Assembly: GCA_951406725.2 (NCBI GenBank)
Contig: OX597830.1
Span: 60,946,001 to 61,010,000 of the forward strand
Reading direction: 5' to 3'
DNA: 64,000 nucleotides
Source of the DNA: Octopus vulgaris
Lineage: Eukaryota
A program made the translations under genes and the position numbers. Numbering within the stretch: position 1 is the stretch's first letter; every line of letters starts with the position of its first letter. Below are positions 41,561 through 54,639 of this stretch, piece after piece. The notes under the pieces were generated by a model. It ran no database searches. It had not been told where the DNA came from and was given only the letters and a program-made list of their open reading frames with translations.

Positions 41561-43215
41561 TTAACCTTTCCTCATCATATAAGACTTCAGTATTCCGTAA
41601 AGTTTCATTCGGTAGTTAATATTACTTCAGGTAATGATGGTTTTGGGAAGAGGGCGCTTTTTAACGAGTTGCAAGAAAACGAACAATTTATGAACTGAAG
41701 ATGTTAAGCATAATCTGCGACATTTGTGGTTATATATATATCCTTCTATTGTTGGCTCAGTAGTCACTAACGAAGTCATCAGGACAAACAAAAAGTTGAC
41801 TGTTGTATATTAATGGTAAAAGATTGTGTAAAGTACAATGCATGTAGGAAATCTATTTGCAAATCTATTAGTGTCTTTCTGCGACATAGTGCTTTACATC
41901 GGAATATACTTCTGCAACCTGATGTGCTCAAAGTATAGTGTGCTAAAATAGTAGCGGGCTTAATCAATCAATCAAATGGTTTGTCCAAGTCCTTTAGTCG
42001 CCATTCGCAGGTTCATTAAATGTAGGAAATATTTAGAAGAGAAATCAATGTGTTATCACGTATAGGAGATACGTACTCGAGATAAACCTCATAGTAACTT
42101 CACGTAATGTTACACAAGAGTCTGAAAAGGGTATCTTGGAGTACATCCAGAATATAGCTACCTTCATCCATTAAAATATCAATGTAACAACAGACTACCT
42201 GTACAAAGACCCAAATAAGAGCTTCTCCTTCCTTGGTACTGAACTCTGATATGAGAAAAGCAGATAACAAAATACAGCTCCTCCAAGAATATTATCTGAA
42301 ACCCATGATCACCAGATACTTAAGAACTCCACGATGCCTAAAAACATTAAAAGAAATATACTAAATATACTAATAGACTTAGAGTAATGAATAACATATG
42401 CCCCTCGTATCAGGCCTGTGAAATAAAGAAGCATATACACAATTTTATCCACTCTATGAATCCGGATGTACGGTGAGGGTGTGTGTCGAAACAAAGATTG
42501 CATAAATATAAGAAACAATACAAGCGGAACTTGTTCAAGGTATCGTAAAAAATCCTGAAATAGCCTAGAAAGAATTATGCACTAGTACGAGTATAGAGAT
42601 AGAGAACAACAACAAGAGCAACATCGGTAGTTTTCTCAGTATGTTAATGATAAACATGACATACTGAAATAAAAATCATATCGACACACCCAAAGTTACG
42701 ACAACTATAAAGATCATGCATATAACTGAAAAACGACAAGAGAATACGAAAGAAATAATGATACCAACCACCGCTGTAACCAACAACCAGCCCCTCCCCC
42801 CGAGTTACCCCTCCCCTCCACTACATAGGGTTAGGTGTATATGTGTGGATGCGTGCCAGTATGTATTTAGATAGGCGGTAGATGGGCAAGGTGCCAATTT
42901 GATATCGCGGTTGATGTGGTCGACCGTCCTCGCAAATTTCTGGCCCTATGCCTATGTTGGGAACGGTTCTTATACACTTAAATGCCAGAAGGTATATTGT
43001 AAAACAAAAACAAAATACTAAAGATTTAGCAATGATCTCACAGCTACGTTCTATCCCACACTATCCTGATAGGTTTATATATCTGCAGATGCGCTTATAT
43101 ACATACATACATACATACATACATACATACATACATACATACATACATGCATACATGCATACATGCATACATGCATGCATACATACATACATACATACAT
43201 ACATACATACATACA

Positions 43216-43249
<34 letters not shown>

Positions 43250-43281
43250 CACACACACACAAACACACACACACATATGTA

Positions 43282-44226
43282 CAAAGTACGTAAGGTATTT
43301 AAGGACATACCTTTTTTGGGTCATTGCTGCATTTTTTGCCAACTCTGTATAATCTTCGTTTCAGAAAATAATAATGGCAGACCCTTAGTTTCCTCAAGAA
43401 ATGAAGTGACATGCTATTATTGTGGTTATAAAGGCTGAGTGTAGCAATTTAGAAATATCTCGATTTTTAAAAGTTACCAGATCTTTCGTCTACAAAGTTT
43501 CTAAGGAACTAGAGACTAAAGATGGAAACGTATCACCAGTATCAAAGCATAAAAAGCATTCTGAACGTTCTGAAATCATCAGAACACCCGCATTTATCCA
43601 GCAAGTTTAACAGACTATTGATTACAATCCCAGAAAGTCCATGAGGCCAATTGCACAAGGTTTCCATGTGTCAAAAGGAAGGAACAGTCAGAAATGTTCT
43701 CCACGAAGACATCAGATATGTCCCATATGATGAGGAATGGGATAGACAGCATATGCAAGCCCGGGATAGACAGCATATGCAATGGAAGGCCATATGTGTT
43801 TCAGTAAGACTCTGCAATATGACACATGACTCTAGTAACACAGGAATGGATGGCTGAAAATTTTCATGATCACACAACCCCTAACATTTGACCTCCTAAT
43901 TCCCCCGATCTCAATCCATTGGACTATTACATGTGGAGCGTTGTTGAGGGAGAGGTCAATGAACACATTCATAACACCAAAACTGCTTTGAAAGCTGCCA
44001 TAGTCAGAGTAATGTCCAAAATAAACTAGGACCACTTGATTCAAGCATGTAGATGATTTACATCTCATATAAAAGCAGTTGTTGAAGCGGAAGGTGGCTT
44101 TATTGAATAACGTTATAGAAAACAAAGATTATTTTTATCCTCATGGCAGTTTTTGATAAAGTTATGTTATTATATATTTGTTCTTTTATAAACATAAATC
44201 TCTCCTTAAATATCTTACGTATCCTG
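43282..44226 (+). mobile_element. Tc1/mariner (maT/DD37D-like), internally deleted
   Basis: Imperfect TIRs CAAAGTACGTAAGGTATTTAAGGA / TCCTTAAATATCTTACGTATCCTG with TA flanks. N-terminal HTH and SPDLNPLDY remnants; catalytic middle deleted, so the D-D spacing cannot be counted. Confidence 0.85.
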
Positions 44227-44252
44227 TATATATATATATATATATATGTATG

Positions 44253-44286
<34 letters not shown>

Positions 44287-44634
44287 TGTATGTATGTATG
44301 TATGTATGTATATGTGTGTATATGCGCACGCGCGGGCGAGTATTTAAAATACTCAAAGTGCAAAGCAATCCTTCTTACAAAACTTGATTTGTTTTCTTCT
44401 TTATAGCATTTGTCGAAGATTTAATTGATTTTGGGCAAGTTCAGGGCATGCATCCGATATTGTAGGCTTTGAATACGAGGGAGAAACCGTTAGTCGTAGC
44501 CGATGCTTAATACTTGGTCGGATACGAAAAATGTAACCTTAGCGAGTTGCTACTAGAATGGTTGTCTCGGCGATTTACGAAAAAGAATAGTCTGTTGCAA
44601 ATGTATGTATTTATATATATATATATATATATAT

Positions 44635-45022
44635 CAACCACATGGTTCCGGGTTCAGTCCCACTGCGTGGCATCTTGGGCAAGTGTCTTCTGCTATAGCC
44701 CCGGGCCGACCAATGCCTTGTGAGTGGATTTGGTAGACGGAAACTGAAAGAAGCCTGTCGTATATATGTATATATATATATATAAGTGTGTGTGTATATA
44801 TGTTTGTGTGTCTGTGTTTGTCCCCCTAGCATTGTTTGACAACCGATGCTGGTGTGTTTACGTCCCCGTCACTTAGCAGTTCGGCAAAAGAGACGACCGA
44901 TAGAATAAGTACTGGGCTTACAAAGAAAAAGTCCCGGGGTCGATTTGCTCGACTAAAGGCGGTGCTCCAGCATGGCCGCAGTCAAATGACTGAAACAAGT
45001 AAAAGAGTAAAAGAGTAAAAGA

Positions 45023-45080
<58 letters not shown>

Positions 45081-45490
45081 GGCGTAGCAGTGCCTGTGTG
45101 GTAAGTAGCTTGCTTACCAGCCACATGGTTCCGCGTTCAGTCCCACTGCGTGGCACCTCGGGCTAGTGTCTTCTACTATAGCCTCGGGCCGACCAAAGCC
45201 TTGTAAGTTGATTTGGTAGACGGAAACTGAAAGAAGCCCGTTGTATATATGTATATATATATATGTATGTATGTGTATATGTTTGTGTATCTGTATTTGT
45301 CACCCCCACCCCAACATCAATTGACATCAATTGCTGGTGTGTTTACGTCCCTGTTACTTAGCGGTTCGGCAAAAAAGACCGATAGAATAAGTACTAGGCT
45401 TCCAAAGAATAAGTCCTGGGGTCGATTTGCTCGACTAAAGGAGGTGATCCAGCTTGGCCACAGTCACATGACTGAAACAAGTAAAAGAGT
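44635..45490 (+). mobile_element. Two tandem SINE family A copies (44635-45024 truncated; 45080-45490 full)
   Basis: Both match family A and are separated by (TA)n. Confidence 0.9.
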
Positions 45491-46269
45491 ATATATATAT
45501 ATATATATACTGTTGTGTCTGGGGAGAGCCATTCTCTTTTCGTACCTTATAATTCGACACACTCACCGGTAAAATTTCCACTCATTTACTTATTTATTTC
45601 TCCAACATATTCGTTGCGTCTTGCAACCTTTTCAATAGCTCTGTCCGTTATTCAAGCTGTGCTCTTTTTGTTTGTTTGTGCGCATGTGTGTGGGTCAGTG
45701 TGTGTGCGCATACACATGCATGTACGTACGTACGTATGTATGTATGTATGTATGTATGTATGTACGCATGTATGTATGTACGCATGCATGTATGTACGCA
45801 TGCATGTATGTATGCATGCATGTAAGTGTGTGTATGTATGTATGAATGTATGTATGTATGAATGTATGTATGTATGTTTGTTTGTATGCATGTATGTATG
45901 TATGTGCGTGCGTATGTATATATGTATGTGTGTGTACCTCTGTCTCCTTGTGTGTGCATGTCTGAATGTATGTGTGTGTATAGGTTCTTGTGACTATGTA
46001 CCGTGTTTGTATGTATGGATGTACATCTCCATATGTGTGGACACGTGTCTCCATATGTGTTTCTGTGTGAAGTATAGTGTGTGTGTGTATATATGGTCAT
46101 GTGTTTCAGTCTCCATTTGTGTATGTGTGTATGTGTGCTTGTCTGTTCATATAACCTATGTACCCGACCATCTGTATGTTGATCTATTTACTTTTATATG
46201 CATATGCTTATATACATGTGCATATGCATATATACATATACACACACATACATATATCTACATAACAAA

Positions 46270-47030
46270 TGAATAAAATGCAGATGTCATGTTGATCCAG
46301 ATTGCCTCCATGTTGGCCCTTGGCATGTTGGTAGAACATGGAGGACTATTTTTTGTCCTCCTATTCTCTCAAATATTCATTTAGTCTTTCCGCAATGCTC
46401 CTAGATGTCTCCTCTATATATGTCATGTTCATGTCTTTATAGCAACTTCTATGCATCTTATGCTGTAGACTACATTTTTAGTTCTACAGTTAATGCCAGG
46501 GCTTATCCTACATACTATGAAGTTATCATCGGTGCATATGGTATTCTCAAAGGAGTACGTCCTACCTAGTTTTGATCTGATGGAGTTCCTTAGCTTTTCA
46601 ACAATCTTAATATTGAGTCTATTCTCCTTCAGAGCTTTCTTAAATCTGCGGGCTAGTTCTCCATGAGCTGTGGCTTCTACAAACATCACTACTTGATATT
46701 TTATACCATGTTTTATACCATGTGTTCTCCCTGTATGCTTTGTCACAAGCTATTTGGGGTGCCTAGTGGGGTAATCTATAGTTATCTTGATACTTTGGTG
46801 GATGGAGTTAGCTACTTGCCGGAAGTTCTCCATTGTGTTCCTCTCAGTTCCTATACTACCTTTACTGGAGCTGGTTCTAACTATGATATTAATGTCATCT
46901 ACATACCTACTGTAAAGTAGAAGAGTAGTGGACTGTTCTGCTAAGGATTGTTTAAGTTTTATGCCCCACCAGGCCACAAAGAGGCCGGCCACATCACCAG
47001 CTACATCAACACCAAAGGCAGGAACAGCAG
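46270..47030 (-). mobile_element. Penelope-like element (second lineage), decayed
   Basis: LYSRYVDDINII (RT); MFVEATAHGELARRF..NCRTKNVVYSIRC..YIEETSRSIAERLNE (GIY-YIG). Confidence 0.8.
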
Positions 47031-47575
47031 GCACAGGAACAACGTTAGGTCATAGAAATTGAGGTGATGAAATGGTATGGTACACTACCAATGAATTGAA
47101 AGGAGTTACACAGAGAGAAAAAGACTCCCCTAAAAAAGAAAAAAAAAATACCGAAACCGAAGAGGAGTCCAATTCTCCTTGGAAACATGAAGTTCATACT
47201 GTTCCGAAAAGCGAACGACGAACTAATGGATTAAAAAAATTACATGCAAATAAATCTAGGAAAATGGTCTTCATTTATGTGGAACAAGCGATAGACTTCT
47301 AATACATTAACTGCTAAACATTGACTGTGTATAAAGCTATAAGTTAGCTACCAGCAGAAAGCGGGTCCTTTCTTGCACTCTCTAGTACTTCACTTGTGCC
47401 CCAGAACCTTCGGAACCTAAAAAAAAACTGCGTACGTGGGAGACGTGCACATGGAAACACAAGTAGCTTGGGGTACTCTGATCAAACCCAAGTGTTGGCT
47501 TCTCACCAGTGTTTGGGTGGCTTTGCCATATCTGATTTCAAGTATATTCTTTTATTTATATTTATAAATATATAT

Positions 47576-47750
47576 AGGCACAGGCGTGACTGTGTGGTAC
47601 GAAGCTAGCTTTTCAACTACATGGTTCTCAGTTCAGTCCCACTGCGTGGCACCATGGGCAAGGGTCTTCCACTTTAGCCTCGGGCCGACCGAAGTCTTGT
47701 GAGTGGATTTGGTAGACGGAAGCTGAAAAAAATAACGTCGTATATATATG

Positions 47751-47812
<62 letters not shown>

Positions 47813-47838
47813 TATACACACACACACAATATATATAT

Positions 47839-47937
<99 letters not shown>

Positions 47938-47945
47938 TAAATACT

Positions 47946-47987
<42 letters not shown>

Positions 47988-48222
47988 CGATGGGTTTATT
48001 TTCAGTTTCCGTCTACAATATCCACTCACAAGACTTTGTGTGTTCGTTTCTGTCTGTGTTTGCCTCCCTATCACCGCTTGACAACCGGTGCTGGTGTGCT
48101 TATATTCCTGTAATATAGCTGTTCGGCAAAAGTAACCGATAAAATAAGTATCAGGCTTCAAAAAATAATCCCTGTGGTGCTCCAGCATGACTGCAGTCAC
48201 ATGACTAAAACAATTAAAAGAA
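47576..48222 (+). mobile_element. SINE family A with internal inverted duplication
   Basis: Head 47576-47740, inverted copy of part of it at 47988-48036, then the tail. Confidence 0.8.
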
Positions 48223-48479
48223 AATTATTTCGTGTCATTCGTCGGTGTGTGTATTAGCAATTTTTAATACCTCAATATATTCTGTAATGTCGGAAATTTT
48301 TCTACGGGCTCGCGCGGAAGAGATATATCTTGTTAACTTAGGCAAAATTTGCTCTTTGACAGACCAAGATAGGCGCATATTACTCGATTCCTGGCAGATG
48401 TATGCTGCCTTTCAGGAGCACTCTTCTCCATAATTCGAGGACAATGATGAGCTAGAAATATAGCCTACCTCGACAATTT

Positions 48480-49380
48480 TCCACGACTCTCATCTCTAAC
48501 TGCAGAATGTTGCGAAAGATCAGTAAAAGCGGCTGACAAGGTCTGTCCGAGGGGCGGATCATCTGGTCCAGATGGTTTACGAACTTTACGCTTATTTGCT
48601 ACAATTGTTCGGCAACCTCTTTGTGACTGCCGGCTGCAGTTGGCGGTCAGAATAAATGTCCACCAGGAGGAACATTTTAGTGTCACGCTGTTTGTGCGCC
48701 AAGGATATCCTGTATCATCCTGTACTAGAACCGTTACAGAGGTAGCATCAGCTACTGATATAAATAGCGCTCGACCTGTTGTTGTTTGTTCCTTCTCGAG
48801 CCATGCCTGGCTCATAAGGGCCGGTTTCCCGGTTTCTTGGCGTATAGGTTCCCCACCTGGACGGGACGCAGGTCCATCGCAGGTGAGAGGCAAGATGCAG
48901 GACGAAAGAGTTAGAGAAAGTTGTGGCGAGAGAGTCAGCAGAAGTTTCGCCATTACCTTCTGCCGGAGCTGCGTGGAGCTTAGGTGTTTCGCTCATAAAC
49001 ACACATCGTCCGCTCTGAGATTCGAACCCACGATCCCTCGACCGCGAGTCCGCTGCTCTAACCACTAGGCCATGTGCCTCCACTAGCGCTCGACCTGGAA
49101 TGGAGACGGTCTGTGTTGGCATATGCAGATAAAGTTAATGAAAATAAATGTAGCAGGCACAGGTCTCAAGACATAGGAGACAGTGACATGTAAACATGAA
49201 GCAGGACATCTGAGTGAGGTGGAAACTGGGCCCCTTCGATGCAGAACAAGACAGAACGGAGAAATTGCTTGGAATGTGGTTGGGTCTGGATCGTCAGGTA
49301 AACAGGGATTGAGATGAAGTTACAACCAGAGTAGCCAGTTCTGAAAGGTCGAGCAGAAGCGGAGAATGTATCCATTACTT
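48480..49380 (-). pseudogene. Possible decayed PIF/Harbinger transposase (interrupted by SINE C)
   Basis: Ordered remnants VLFCIEGAQFP (cf. VIGCIDGTH), PGRA and DDTGYPWR (cf. GDSGYP). Confidence 0.35.
48779..49083 (-). mobile_element. SINE family C
   Basis: 14-bp TSD TAGCGCTCGACCTG (48765-48778, 49084-49097). Confidence 0.93.
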
Positions 49381-49475
49381 CCGTTACAATTTATCTTCTG
49401 ACAATTGTGCTTTTCTCGTCTTACCAGATCGGGAAGAGGCGGCAAATGCCGATATCATCTAGTTAAAAAAATTTT

Positions 49476-49669
49476 TTTTACTTGTTTCAGTCATCAGGCT
49501 GCGGCCATGCTGGGGCGCCGCCTTGAAGAATTTTGACCGAATGAATCGACCCTAGTCCTTATTTTTATTTTAAGCTTGGTGCTTATTCTATCGGTCTCTT
49601 TCTGCCGAACTGCTAGATTACGGGAATTTAAACATACCAACGCCAGTTGTCAAGCGATAATGGGGATCA

Positions 49670-49717
<48 letters not shown>

Positions 49718-51127
49718 CACACACACACACACGCACATACGCACACGCGCGTATGCACACGTATTTATATGATGGACTTCTTTCCGTTTCTGTCTACCAA
49801 ATCCACTCTCAAGGCTTTAGTCTGTACGAGGCTATAGTAAGAGATACTTAGCCAAGGTGCCAAGCAATGAAATTGACCCAGGAACCATGTGGTTGGGAAG
49901 CAAGCGTCTTACCACACAGTCACGCCTGTGCCTATGTAATATATTATCACCTGACCGCCCGGCCTTGTTACGGGGGCATAAACACACTAGCACCGGTTGT
50001 CAAGCGTTGATGGGGGACAAACACAGACAGAAAGACACACACACACACGCACACACACTCACTCACACATACTCACACACAAACAAACACACACACACAC
50101 ACACGCACACACTCACTCACTAACACACAAACAAACACACACACACACACGTACATACAGGGGTTGGACAAAATAATGGAAACACCTTAAAATTTCAAAC
50201 AAATTTATTTTAATATGGGGTAGGACCGCCTTTGGCAGTAATTACAGCTTGAATTCTACGAGGTATGGACTCATACAAAGTCTGAATTGTTTCCAAAGGA
50301 ATTTTTGTCCATTCTTCAGCTAAAACAGTCTCCAGTTCTTGTAGTGATGGTGGTGGAGGATATCGACTCCTTACTTGTTTTTCTAAAATGCACCATAAAT
50401 GTTCAATTATGTTGAGATCTGGGGACTGTGATGGCCAGATAAGATGTTCAACTTCACTAAAATATCCCTTGTGCCATTCAGTAAAAACTTTAGCTGTGTA
50501 AAAATGGTGCATTATCATCTTGAAAGATTGCGTTTTCCTCCGGGAAGAGTTCCGCAACCATAGAATGAATTCGATCAGATAAAATGCTTAAATAGTTTTG
50601 ACTATTAATTCTGCCATGAAGGGAAACCGTTGGGCCCGTGGATTTCCAAGATATAGCTCCCCACCCACTGATCATCACAGATCCTCCTCCATGTTTAACA
50701 GTTGGCAGAAAGCAGTCTGGGTCAAATGTTTCTTTTGGTTGTCTCCACACGTATACTCGGCTGGTGGTCAGAAATAAGGTAAAGAATGACTCGTCCGAGA
50801 AAATAACAATCTTCCACTGCTCTAGGGACCAATACTGTAGGTTTTTACGTTTGTTTTTGAAACATTAAAATAAACAAGCTTTTGATGGTTTTCTAGATAT
50901 TTCAAAATCATGATGCTATGATGCTCGGTATTTCCATTATTTTGTACAACCCCTGTATATACGACGGTTTTTTTTTCAGTTTCCGTCTACCAAGTCCACT
51001 CACAAGGCTTTAGTCGGACCGAGGCTATAGTAGAAGACACTTGCCCAAGGTGCCAAGCAATGGGACTGAACCAAGAACCATGTGGTTGGGAAGCAAGCTT
51101 ATTACCACACAGTCACGCCTGTGCCTA
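49476..51127 (-). mobile_element. SINE family A copy plus tandem partial duplicate (second copy interrupted by Tc1)
   Basis: Copies at 49476-49934 and 49968-51127 share private variants and flanking sequence. Confidence 0.85.
50158..50955 (-). mobile_element. Tc1-family element, internally deleted
   Basis: TIRs CAGGGGTTGGACAAAATAATGGAAACACC / GGTATTTCCATTATTTTGTACAACCCCTG with TA TSD. IFSDES, VKHGGGSVM, QDDNAP and SPDLNIIE present; HTH missing. Confidence 0.93.
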
Positions 51128-51598
51128 TGTAATATATTGTCGCCTGACTGTCCGGCCTTGTCCTTTCTTTTGCCTGACTAGATCGGAGCGTCTCATCTTT
51201 CTTTTCTTGTGGAGGAGACGTGTTCCCCTGACGGTCAGATGGTTCATCTACTGTCAGTATCCTCTGCACAGAGATGTTATGTCTGACGAGAAGCAGACAT
51301 TAGCTGAGGATGGACAGAGAATCTACAAATATTCTCAGACAATGAACAGATGTTGTCGCTCTTCTTGGGAACGTCTTCCCCAGCTCATCTCTTTGGCACA
51401 GCTCCAGTCCTCACAAAGAAATGAGATGGAGAAAGCTTGTCTTTTTATGGTGACATCGCTTGACATCTAGAATGTTGACGACTGGTCCCAGTCTTATATC
51501 AGTCGGGAATTTTATGTTGGCATTCTGTAGCGGATTAGTGGTGGGAAAGAGCCACAATGTTTTCTAGAAACTCTTGACATAGATTAGAACCAATAGGC

Positions 51599-52021
51599 GG
51601 ATCTTTTCGGTTTGAACGGCAGTTTTTTCTAGCGGTGTCATATGAAATTGTCACCCATAATTATGACCCTAGTATCGATCTGTTGCATTTCAATGTTTTG
51701 GGGTTAGGGTTAGGGGTGGGGGAAGGGTATCTTTTTTTCTTCAGAAATATAAATAAACCCAATCTGTTTCTTAAACGAAGGACATATTCATACGGCACAG
51801 AATGTTTTTTTTTACTTCAATAGATATAATTGATTGGTTGAAATTGCAGAAATTGAAGAAAAAAAAACAAAACAACAGATATCTTACAAACTATAGAATT
51901 TTCTCAATAAAGCCAAGAGAAAAATATGTTTTATAAACACGTTCTACCAGTATACAAAGTATAAAATTTTTTAGTTACCTAGAAATTATGTTAAAATCTG
52001 CCGTTCAAACCGAAAAGATCC
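51599..52021 (+). mobile_element. Merlin-like MITE, copy 3
   Basis: Same TIRs; 8-bp TSD CAATAGGC (51591-51598, 52022-52029). Confidence 0.88.
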
Positions 52022-52110
52022 CAATAGGCTAATCCTCTTTGGAGCACTTTCAATGCGGGACTTATGGATAATTTCCAAAAGTACTGGCAGTAAATTGTCG
52101 GGTCAGGACA

Positions 52111-52502
52111 TGGGGGGGGGGAAGCACTCCGTCGGTTACGACGATGAGGGTTCCGGTTGATCCGAATCAACGGAACAGCCTGCTCGTGAAATTAACGTGT
52201 AAGTGGCAGAGCACTCCACAGACACGTGTACCCTTAACGTAGTTCTCGGGGATATTCAGCGTGACACAGAGAGTGACAAGGCCGGCCCTTTGAAATACAG
52301 GTACAACAGAAACAGGAAGTAAGAGTGAGATAAAGTTGTGGTGAAAGAGTACAGCAGGGATCACCACCATCCCCTGCCGGAGCCTCGTGGAGCTTTTAGA
52401 TGTTTTCGCTCAATAAACACTCACAACGCCAGGTCTGGAAATCGAAACCGCGATCCTACGACCGCGAGTCCGCTGCCCTAACCACTGGGCCATTGCGCCT
52501 CC
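52111..52502 (-). mobile_element. SINE family C variant (C2) with a different 3' half
   Basis: Head and 5' body as in family C; 12-bp TSD CGGGTCAGGACA (52099-52110, 52503-52514). Confidence 0.9.
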
Positions 52503-53178
52503 CGGGTCAGGACAAACTCTGCAGACACGGAAGTGCCGTCAGTGAAGCAAGGAAATCATTCTGCACGCTTTATTTCAGTGTCAATGCTTCGCTAGTTTGT
52601 GGAGTTGTGATGAACAGCTGCTGTTATGTGGAGAACGGACCAAGTTATTGGTTGAGTCCATTGCGAGTATTGAGTATTGTATTCACACCATTCTTTGTAC
52701 GGAAAGAGCAGATAGTTTGCATCTCTCTGGTGTCTATGGCGAAAGAGTCTGTGTGATGGACAGCATTGAAATTACTGATAACAGTTACTTTCCTCTTAGA
52801 CCAAGATTTTATCAATTTTTTTTTTTTAGTTTTACTAAATGAAGATTAGAAATGCTGTCTGTCAGTAAATTTGTTGTAAGTTCAGAGTGAACAGCAAACA
52901 AGCCTGATTTAACAGGCCATCTTTGAGCAAACGTCTGTAGCTAGGAAATCTACAACTGAGAGAAAGCGCTTACTCTCATGGTCAGGTTGATCTAGCTTTT
53001 GTGGAGGATTCCCCAAATAGCCCTCAGTTATGTCCCCTTACTGTAGAATATTGTTTGCTGGAATTTTTTCTTGTTTTTGTTATCTCCTTTTTTTTTACAT
53101 GTGCTACGTAAAACATTTATTACGTTTGTATCTATCTTATGAAGGCTCCTTTTCTCTGAGCTCTTTTGGGTAATGAAT

Positions 53179-53219
<41 letters not shown>

Positions 53220-54413
53220 ACTACTACTGATGATGATGACGATTCCAACAATTAAGTCAGGCATCTTTCACAGGGTTTCCGGCTTAAGTTGTGTCAAGCT
53301 CCCCAGCTTAGGAGCAATTTTCTTAACGGTATTGAAAAGGTTGTCCGGACCTTCTAATATGATACATGCCATTACCTACCAGATGTCTAATTCTGGTGGC
53401 ACATCTGATATTTTAACTTTTATCGCACGCTGGCCATTATTTGTAGGAAGAAGCAACATGTACTGGACAACAGCATATTGTTGAACCAGGGAACCTTACC
53501 TACACAGAGTCATAGTGCCTGGTTCGAGTTATGAGGTCACTACCGCTTCATATTACTCTAACACTTTTTCCCCGCGTAGATGTGTGTGGAATTAAATACC
53601 CGTCAGTTTTTGAATGCAACACACACCAGTATGTAATAGAAGTTCTTTCTATCAGTTGTGACGTTATATGCTAACTGAGCTTTCTGTTTTCTTTCTTGAA
53701 AAACATTTCTGCCTCTTTACCGGCACGCAAAAACCACAGGGACAGGATTAGTGAATTAGTTAAGTAGCAATTGGCAAGCTGCATTCAATAACCAGTGGCT
53801 GGGAACCATAAAGAAAACAATTCAGTCATAATCAATAGCATTTAGCAAAGAGCCAGCGTCAGAGATAAACAAATTGGAGGAAAGCGATTTTCTATACTAC
53901 TATGTTAGTGCCAACCATGTGAAGGTCCTTTAGATATAGAAACAAATGGGAGTGAAAAGAAGACCTGCATTGCTGTCAACTCGACATCCAAAACAACATC
54001 AACAACTACAACAGCAAATACCACCACAACTGCAATAGTAGCAACAAAAGTAGTGAAAATCGAATCAACAACTACTGAAACAGTAGCAGTAGCAAGTAGA
54101 GCAAGAACAGCAGCAGCAACAACAGAAACAGACATTCCCCAAACAACAATAAACCACGATTTCGAATCCACCCTAAATCTAGTAACGATACCCTCACCAC
54201 TCACCACACAAGAAACACAAATACACCCACGGTCATAGACTCATCTTCCCCTGAACTACCACAAAACATCTTAGACCAGGGATCTCGCTAAGAGTAGATG
54301 AGGCGAGAAACCAAACCAAAGAAATTAGGGACAGAGGAAAGAGGAAGTAAAGAGGAACCGGCTTTCCCAAGATGGAAGCAAGTATATTCAAAGTAAACCC
54401 TCTTCAAGATCAC

Positions 54414-54476
<63 letters not shown>

Positions 54477-54639
54477 CTCCATTAGAAACAAGAGCAGTAA
54501 CTAGCAACAACTAGCAACTAGAAACAACAACAACAGCAGCAGCAACAACAACTTAAACGAAAATCACAGAAAAAAGAGAAAAAAAATCAATCCTAAAATC
54601 AAAAACAGTAACAAAACCGCACGTGAAAATCCACATCAA

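Noticed and set aside
41570-42800. Possible decayed PLE or other TE between the maT-like copies
   Set aside because: No motif could be read with confidence.
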